A stretch of DNA of 64,000 nucleotides, taken from positions 53,518 to 117,517 of the forward strand of contig CABYCU010000003.1 in NCBI GenBank assembly GCA_902517565.1. Reading direction: 5' to 3'. Within the stretch, counting starts at the first letter, position 1. The number at the start of each line of letters is the position of its first letter. Position numbers and translations under genes: made by a program. Positions 58,541-64,000 of the stretch are shown here, piece after piece. The DNA is from an uncultured SAR86 cluster bacterium. Its GTDB lineage: Bacteria; Pseudomonadota; Gammaproteobacteria; Magnimaribacterales; Magnimaribacteraceae. The notes beneath the pieces are model-generated. The model was given only the letters and a program-made list of their open reading frames with translations, made no database searches and was not told where the DNA came from.

Positions 58541-59032
58541 ATGAAAAATTCTATCACTTTAATAGGTATGGCTGGAGCAGGTAAAACTACTATCGGTAAA
58601 ATCTTATCTTCCAGGTTTTCTTATCAATTTATTGATAGCGACAAAATTATTGAGAATCTTTACGGAAATACTCAAGGAATAATTGATGCTCAGGGGAAGG
58701 AAAAATTTAAACATATAGAAGAAGAAGTTCTCCTCTCTATAAAATTCAATAATACTTTATTATCTACTGGCGGTAGTGCAGTTTTCTCAAGTACCGCTAT
58801 GCAGTATCTTAAAGAATCTTCAGAAATAATTTATTTAGATGTGCAATTTGAGATTATTTCTGACCGAATAGGTGATTTTAGCAACAGAGGTTTTATAAAA
58901 AATTCTAATCAAAGTTATAAGGAAGCATACGACCAAAGAGTACCTTTATATAGAAAGTACGCAAATCATATTGTTGAAAATAATAAAGAAGTAGATAAAT
59001 GTGTAGAGCAAATTATTTCTTTACTTACTTGA
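58541..59032 (+). CDS. Shikimate-kinase-fold P-loop kinase (substrate uncertain)
   Basis: LIGMAGAGKT, DSD, STGGS, IYL, RVPLY; lacks the FR..E, GGG and RPL motifs of canonical AroK. Confidence 0.8.
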   Translation: MKNSITLIGMAGAGKTTIGKILSSRFSYQFIDSDKIIENLYGNTQGIIDAQGKEKFKHIEEEVLLSIKFNNTLLSTGGSAVFSSTAMQYLKESSEIIYLDVQFEIISDRIGDFSNRGFIKNSNQSYKEAYDQRVPLYRKYANHIVENNKEVDKCVEQIISLLT

Positions 59033-59044
59033 TTAAACTATCAG

Positions 59045-60355
59045 TTAAGAAACTGCTTGATCAATTGATTCTTTCAATGCCTTTACCATTAGATTAATTT
59101 CTTCATCTCCAATTATGAAGGCCGGCCCTAGACAGATTATATCTCTGTACTCACCAGTGCCACCGGGATAAAGGAATACACCTTTTTCTAGTCCTTTTGC
59201 CATAACTTGGCTAGTTATTTTTTTCGATTCATTAAAAGGTTTTAAGCTTGATTTATCTTCAACAATTTCAATACCTATCAATAAACCTTTACCTCTTATT
59301 TCAGCTACGTGTGGATGTTGTCCTATTTCTGAATTAAGTTGGTCCAGTATTTTCTCTCCTAAAGAAGGAACTTTCTGGCATAGATTCTCTTCTCTAAGAA
59401 TTTTTAAGACTTCTGCAGAGGCGGCGCAAGATTGAGGCAAGGCTGCAAATGTATGGAACATGACTTCATATCCTGCAGCTTGTATTGAATCGGCTATTCT
59501 ATCAGTGCTATAAGTTCCACCAATAGCTGCATAACCACCACCCATACCTTTTCCCGCAATCAAAATATCTGGTTCGATGTCATATAAGTTACTTGCAAAA
59601 TCTTCGCCTACTCGACCAAACCCCGTCATAACTTCATCTGCAATTAACAATATATCATTCTCTCTTAAAATTTCTTGTGCCTCTTTCCAGTAACCATCAG
59701 GAGGATATATAGCTCCTCCACTAGAACCATTTATAGGTTCCATTAATAAACCAGCAATATTATTGGAACCTATTCTCTTAATAGTATTTCGTAAGTTTTC
59801 TAGATAATAATTTTTTGCCTCAGGATGATGACTCCCCAAAGGACACCTGAGTGGGTAAGGTGTTTCTATTGTAGTTGGTTCAGGAACATAGCTCTCAAGG
59901 CCTCTTTTACGAGCTGCATGACCAGAAATTCCTGACATATTTAATGTTGTTCCATGATAGGAAAGGCTCCTAGTTAGGATAATATTTTTTTCAGGTTGCC
60001 CTCTGCTTGCTTGATATTGTATTGCAAGTTTGACGCCTGATTCATTAGCTTCAGATCCTCCTGAAGACAGGTGAATTCTGGTTAAATGAGAAGGCAACCA
60101 ATATTCTCGCAGTTCATCTAATAAAGCCTCTCTTTCTGGAGTAAGGAAGGGCGGGAGTACATAAGAATTATTTTTAACAGCTCTTGCTATAGCGTCAGCA
60201 ACTTCCTCTCTGCCATAACCAATATTGCTTACGATAGCTCCACCAGCAGCATCGAGAACCTTTTTTCCATCTTTGGTGTATAGATAAGCTCCTTCTGATC
60301 TTTCAAATTCTATACCCCAACTCTGTTTAAGAAATGGCCATTTCACAAGTTCCAT
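59045..60355 (-). CDS. Class-III PLP aminotransferase
   Basis: GGSEANE, SYHG, ADEVMTGFGR, GKGMGGGY, HTF. Confidence 0.9.
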   Translation of the reverse strand: MELVKWPFLKQSWGIEFERSEGAYLYTKDGKKVLDAAGGAIVSNIGYGREEVADAIARAVKNNSYVLPPFLTPEREALLDELREYWLPSHLTRIHLSSGGSEANESGVKLAIQYQASRGQPEKNIILTRSLSYHGTTLNMSGISGHAARKRGLESYVPEPTTIETPYPLRCPLGSHHPEAKNYYLENLRNTIKRIGSNNIAGLLMEPINGSSGGAIYPPDGYWKEAQEILRENDILLIADEVMTGFGRVGEDFASNLYDIEPDILIAGKGMGGGYAAIGGTYSTDRIADSIQAAGYEVMFHTFAALPQSCAASAEVLKILREENLCQKVPSLGEKILDQLNSEIGQHPHVAEIRGKGLLIGIEIVEDKSSLKPFNESKKITSQVMAKGLEKGVFLYPGGTGEYRDIICLGPAFIIGDEEINLMVKALKESIDQAVS

Positions 60356-60365
60356 ATATTTCTCC

Positions 60366-61700
60366 TTAAAAATTTAAGCCAATGTCATAGATGATTAATA
60401 AGGCTAATGTTATTTGCAAAATTAGACTAGCCCATAGAATTACTTTTGTAATAATTTTGGGTTGCAATGAAGGATCTAACTTATTTACAAGGTAAAGGGC
60501 GCCAATGTTAACTATTGGCAATCCCATCGCTGCCCAGATACCCGCTATAAGAAGAAGGGTGAATGGATTTGGCAATATAAAATAAAAGAGACCAGATAAG
60601 AAAGGAATTACAAACGCTACTAACTTTATGAGCTTTTGTCGTGTGTCAGTTTCTTCCTTGACTAAGCCCATTGAAATTAAATAGTCAGATATCGTTCTAG
60701 TAAACGCAGCCGTTCCTGATAATAGAGTTGAAAATAGAACAAAGAAAGCTAGTATTATAAAAAGCCACTTTGCCCAACCACCAAGAACAAGCGAAAACAT
60801 GTTTTGAAGGGAGCTAATTATATCGACATCCCAAAAAGAACTTGTTGCGAGGGACTGCTGCAGTTCAGAAACATTATTTAAGACTCCGGCGCCTAAAAAG
60901 AAAAAAGGCAGCGTCCCTAATGTAATAAAAAAGACTGTTACCCAAACATCTGTTTGCATAGTCTTAATCCAATGCCTTGTTTCTTCAATATCGTCTCCGG
61001 TATTATCAGCATATCCCTTTTCCAGGCACCAATAGGTATAAGCCATAATTTCTCCATAACTAATCCCAGTAAAGCCAAATACTGCTAAAGCTAGAGGCAG
61101 ATATTCTCTTGGGAATGAAAAAGAGAGACCTTGTGAAATCTGATTAAAATTCACTTGATACTCTGTTGACTGCATAGCAATAGCGATGACCATGGTCATG
61201 ACAGAAAAGAATAGAACCATTACTAGTAAGGTTCTTTCTAGGCTTTTATATGAACCAAAATAAAGTAATAGCCAAGTAAATAAACAAGAAATAGCTACCC
61301 AGATTTCTGTAGACAAGATAGGAAACATTGTATTTCCTGCTTCGGCAACGGCACCAGCTAATCCGCCCATCCCCGCGATTGACGGAACTACTCCGATGAA
61401 CATAAACCAAACCAGCCAAGATGTGGTCTTGCCTTGGATTGTTGTCTTGAAGCCAGGCATGTCTGCAAACGCTTCTAGGAAAGTTTTTTTGGTTACTACA
61501 ATATATCTGCTTATTTCAGCTTGTATGATTGGTTTACTCCACATACTGAGAAGTAGCCACCAAAGAAGTAAGAATCCTGCTGCTGCTCCAAGAAGCGGAG
61601 TCATAACTATGGACCCACTTCCAACAACACTTCCTGTAACAATGACACTTGGTCCGATGAATTTGATTCTTTCTAAAAAAGTTTTTGGTGCTTCTTGCAT
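60366..61700 (-). CDS. NRAMP-related / APC-fold secondary transporter
   Basis: About 11 TM; GP...VGSGS TM1, YTYWCLEKGY; no DPGN metal motif. Confidence 0.75.
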   Translation of the reverse strand: MQEAPKTFLERIKFIGPSVIVTGSVVGSGSIVMTPLLGAAAGFLLLWWLLLSMWSKPIIQAEISRYIVVTKKTFLEAFADMPGFKTTIQGKTTSWLVWFMFIGVVPSIAGMGGLAGAVAEAGNTMFPILSTEIWVAISCLFTWLLLYFGSYKSLERTLLVMVLFFSVMTMVIAIAMQSTEYQVNFNQISQGLSFSFPREYLPLALAVFGFTGISYGEIMAYTYWCLEKGYADNTGDDIEETRHWIKTMQTDVWVTVFFITLGTLPFFFLGAGVLNNVSELQQSLATSSFWDVDIISSLQNMFSLVLGGWAKWLFIILAFFVLFSTLLSGTAAFTRTISDYLISMGLVKEETDTRQKLIKLVAFVIPFLSGLFYFILPNPFTLLLIAGIWAAMGLPIVNIGALYLVNKLDPSLQPKIITKVILWASLILQITLALLIIYDIGLNF

Positions 61701-61775
61701 ATCTTGTAATCTTCGCTAGATTTTCTCACTAAATATGGAACAATTCCTCCTTTCTTTTCAGAAATTTACTTATCC

Positions 61776-62621
61776 ATGAAATTTAAAGTTAGTTCAGGTC
61801 TAAATATTGAGGCAACTGCCTTAGGAAATCCAAATGATTCTTTAGTAATCCTTCTTCATGGTGGAGGGCAAACTAGACATGCTTGGGGCGCAACTGCCAA
61901 GAAGTTATCTGAATCAGGTTTCTATGCTTTAGCTATTGATTTAAGAGGTCACGGAGATAGTGATTGGAGCAAAGATGGGGATTATGCTATTGAAAGCTAT
62001 AGGAATGATTTGGTAAGTATTATTGAAGAAGTAGGAAAACCTGCTTTCCTAATTGGAGCTTCCTTAGGTGGGATGATTTCTTTATCTACTGCGGGTGATC
62101 TTGCCTATCAACATTTATGTAAAGGATTAGTGATGGTTGACATAGGTATTTATCCTAATGAAGATGGTTCTAACGAAATTTTGAATTTCATGAGCTCTGG
62201 CTTTAAAGGTTTTGATTCTCTAGAAGATGCATCAAATTCTATTTCAACTTATTTACCGCATCGGGAAAAGCCAAAAGATATATCCGGACTTAAAAAAAAT
62301 TTACGATTAAAAGATGATGGAAAATATTACTGGCATTGGGACCCGAAGTTCATTGAATCTAGGACAGCTAACTTAGATAGAAGTGATTATAGGCAAAGAC
62401 AAAGAAATTATGCTGAAACTGTTAAGGTGCCAACACTACTCATAAGAGGGGCGCTGAGTAATGTTGTTACGCAAGAAGAAGTAGATGATTTTCTTGGCAC
62501 TATCCGCCATGCGGAATTCGTGGAGATAGCTAAAGCAGCGCATATGATTGCTGGAGATAGGAATGACATTTTTGCCAATGCTGCAATAGAGTTTCTTCAA
62601 CAGGCATTAAATAAGAAGTAA
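61776..62621 (+). CDS. Alpha/beta hydrolase
   Basis: LHGGGQ, DLRGHGDS, GASLGG, AHMIAGD. Confidence 0.88.
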   Translation: MKFKVSSGLNIEATALGNPNDSLVILLHGGGQTRHAWGATAKKLSESGFYALAIDLRGHGDSDWSKDGDYAIESYRNDLVSIIEEVGKPAFLIGASLGGMISLSTAGDLAYQHLCKGLVMVDIGIYPNEDGSNEILNFMSSGFKGFDSLEDASNSISTYLPHREKPKDISGLKKNLRLKDDGKYYWHWDPKFIESRTANLDRSDYRQRQRNYAETVKVPTLLIRGALSNVVTQEEVDDFLGTIRHAEFVEIAKAAHMIAGDRNDIFANAAIEFLQQALNKK

Positions 62622-62650
62622 TCCCAAACTCCTTTTGATAATATTATTTT

Positions 62651-63238
62651 ATGATCATTGGATTAACAGGCGGAATCGGAAGTGGCAAGACGGCAGTTTC
62701 AGATACTTTTGAACAACTTGGAATAGAGGTAGTTGATGCTGATCTAGCCTCTCGTGTAGTTGTTGAAAAGGGGAAGCCATGTCTAGAAGAAATAGCTAAA
62801 CATTTTGGAAATGATATTTTAACTGAAAACGGGGAGTTAGATCGAGCTAAGCTTAGAGAAATAATTTTTAAATCTGAAGAAGAGAAAAATTGGCTTGAAT
62901 CGCTTTTACATCCGGCTATAGCAAGACAAATTCAAGAAGAGTTAGAATCTTCTATTAGTCCTTATACTATATTAGTCTCACCTCTCTTACTGGAGACAAG
63001 TCAAAAAGATTTTTGTCATAAAGTTTTAGTTGTGGATGTTCCAGTCGAGATACAAGTTGAAAGGACTCTAACAAGAGACGGTGTATCTGAGGAACAAGTT
63101 AAATCAATTATTAAATCTCAAATTAGTCGAGAGAAAAGATTAGATTTAGCTGATCTAGTCATCACTAATGATGGTAATCTAGAAGAACTCCAAATAACTG
63201 TAAGAGATCTACATCAAGATTTAATGTCTGAAATATGA
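62651..63238 (+). CDS. coaE: Dephospho-CoA kinase
   Basis: GLTGGIGSGK, DAD, LDRAKL, HP, PLLLE. Confidence 0.97.
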   Translation: MIIGLTGGIGSGKTAVSDTFEQLGIEVVDADLASRVVVEKGKPCLEEIAKHFGNDILTENGELDRAKLREIIFKSEEEKNWLESLLHPAIARQIQEELESSISPYTILVSPLLLETSQKDFCHKVLVVDVPVEIQVERTLTRDGVSEEQVKSIIKSQISREKRLDLADLVITNDGNLEELQITVRDLHQDLMSEI

Positions 63239-63417
63239 TGTACGTGAAATGTCCTGAGTGCGGAGAGCAATCTGAATACTCTAAAGAAAACGAACATAGA
63301 CCCTTTTGCAGTAGACGCTGTCAGCTCCTAGATTTAGGTGCCTGGGCTAGCGAAGACAGAAAAATTACAGGAGAAGAAGTTTTTTTAGAGGAAGAAGATC
63401 CTGATACTCGTCATTAG
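63235..63417 (+). CDS. yacG: DNA gyrase inhibitor YacG
   Basis: CPEC...RPFCSRRC...DLGAW; follows coaE. Confidence 0.93.
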   Translation: MMYVKCPECGEQSEYSKENEHRPFCSRRCQLLDLGAWASEDRKITGEEVFLEEEDPDTRH

Positions 63418-64000
63418 CTTCTGTAGTCACTATTAATAAGAACGTAATCTTCTGACAAGTCCGAAGTCATTACCTCAAATTCATATTTACCTAATCCTAG
63501 GATAATCTCTATGATGATTTCTCTTTTTTTCATTACTCGGGAAGCTGATTTCTCAGAATACTTAGGGTCAATAAAACCTTTTTTGACTAATGGCTGCCCA
63601 TTTAATTGGATCTTTATTTCATTTATATCTTCAACAGTTTCATCTCTTCCAACGGCTGAAAGTATTCTTCCCCAATTGGCATCACTGCCAAACATAGCTG
63701 TCTTGACTAAAGGAGATTCTGCCACTGTAAATGCTACCGATTTAGCTTGCTCAATACTCTTTGCTTTCCGTACCTTAATGATTATTTTTTTTGTTGCACC
63801 TTCCGCATCTTCTACTAAAAGCTCTGATAGCTCTTTGAAAGTTTGAATAACAGCTTGAGATAATTTTTTTTCAGCTAAAGATCCAGGTTTTACTGTTTTT
63901 TCTTTATTTCCTGTTGCCACAAGTATAGAAGAATCGTTTGGCGAAGTATCTCCATCAATAGTGATAGCTTCGAAGCTTACTTTAAGAGCTTCGGTGTGTA
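63414..64000 (-). CDS. argJ: Ornithine acetyltransferase ArgJ (5' part beyond window)
   Basis: Frame open to window end: ITIDGDTSPND, DAEGATK, SPLVKTA, DANWGRI, YVLINSDYRS. Confidence 0.95.
   Translation of the reverse strand, partial: HTEALKVSFEAITIDGDTSPNDSSILVATGNKEKTVKPGSLAEKKLSQAVIQTFKELSELLVEDAEGATKKIIIKVRKAKSIEQAKSVAFTVAESPLVKTAMFGSDANWGRILSAVGRDETVEDINEIKIQLNGQPLVKKGFIDPKYSEKSASRVMKKREIIIEIILGLGKYEFEVMTSDLSEDYVLINSDYRS

Noticed and set aside
57749-63417. Pentapeptide protein plus YacG as a gyrase-protection system
   Set aside because: The pentapeptide protein has a signal peptide, and yacG is in its ordinary coaE context about 5 kb away.

Overview
AT-rich, very gene-dense bacterial chromosome segment. 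Near-zero intergenic spacing, Pseudomonas-like synteny (PP0621-bamD/rluD-pgeF, ilvIHC-pssA, coaE-yacG) and the gene content point to a streamlined marine gammaproteobacterium, most likely SAR86-like (inference; no rRNA in the window). Core genes occupy about 1-15.7 kb (rho 3' end, rsmD, tandem DUF5916 outer-membrane proteins, bamD, rluD, pgeF, plant-type glycerate kinase, ilvIHC, pssA) and about 62.6-64 kb (coaE, yacG, argJ 3' end). A heme-acquisition locus with candidate Fur boxes (TonB receptor divergent from hmuTUV-hugZ-DUF2470/SIP fusion) sits at 15.7-22.5 kb. tRNA-Ile(GAT) at 22562 and tRNA-Ala(TGC) at 57631, the pair that normally lies together in the 16S-23S spacer, bracket about 35 kb of 35 mostly scavenging/catabolic genes (phosphatases, nucleoside salvage, amine oxidase, esterases, oxidoreductases) with no integrase or regulator. 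Best candidates for new biology: (1) an apparently circularly permuted PAS domain inserted next to the metal-binding GNHE motif of a secreted purple-acid-phosphatase-like enzyme, (2) a HugZ + DUF2470-SIP flavin-reductase pair as a heme-iron release module, (3) the tRNA-Ile/tRNA-Ala-bounded cargo region. All family calls are by-eye motif recognition; no database searches were run.
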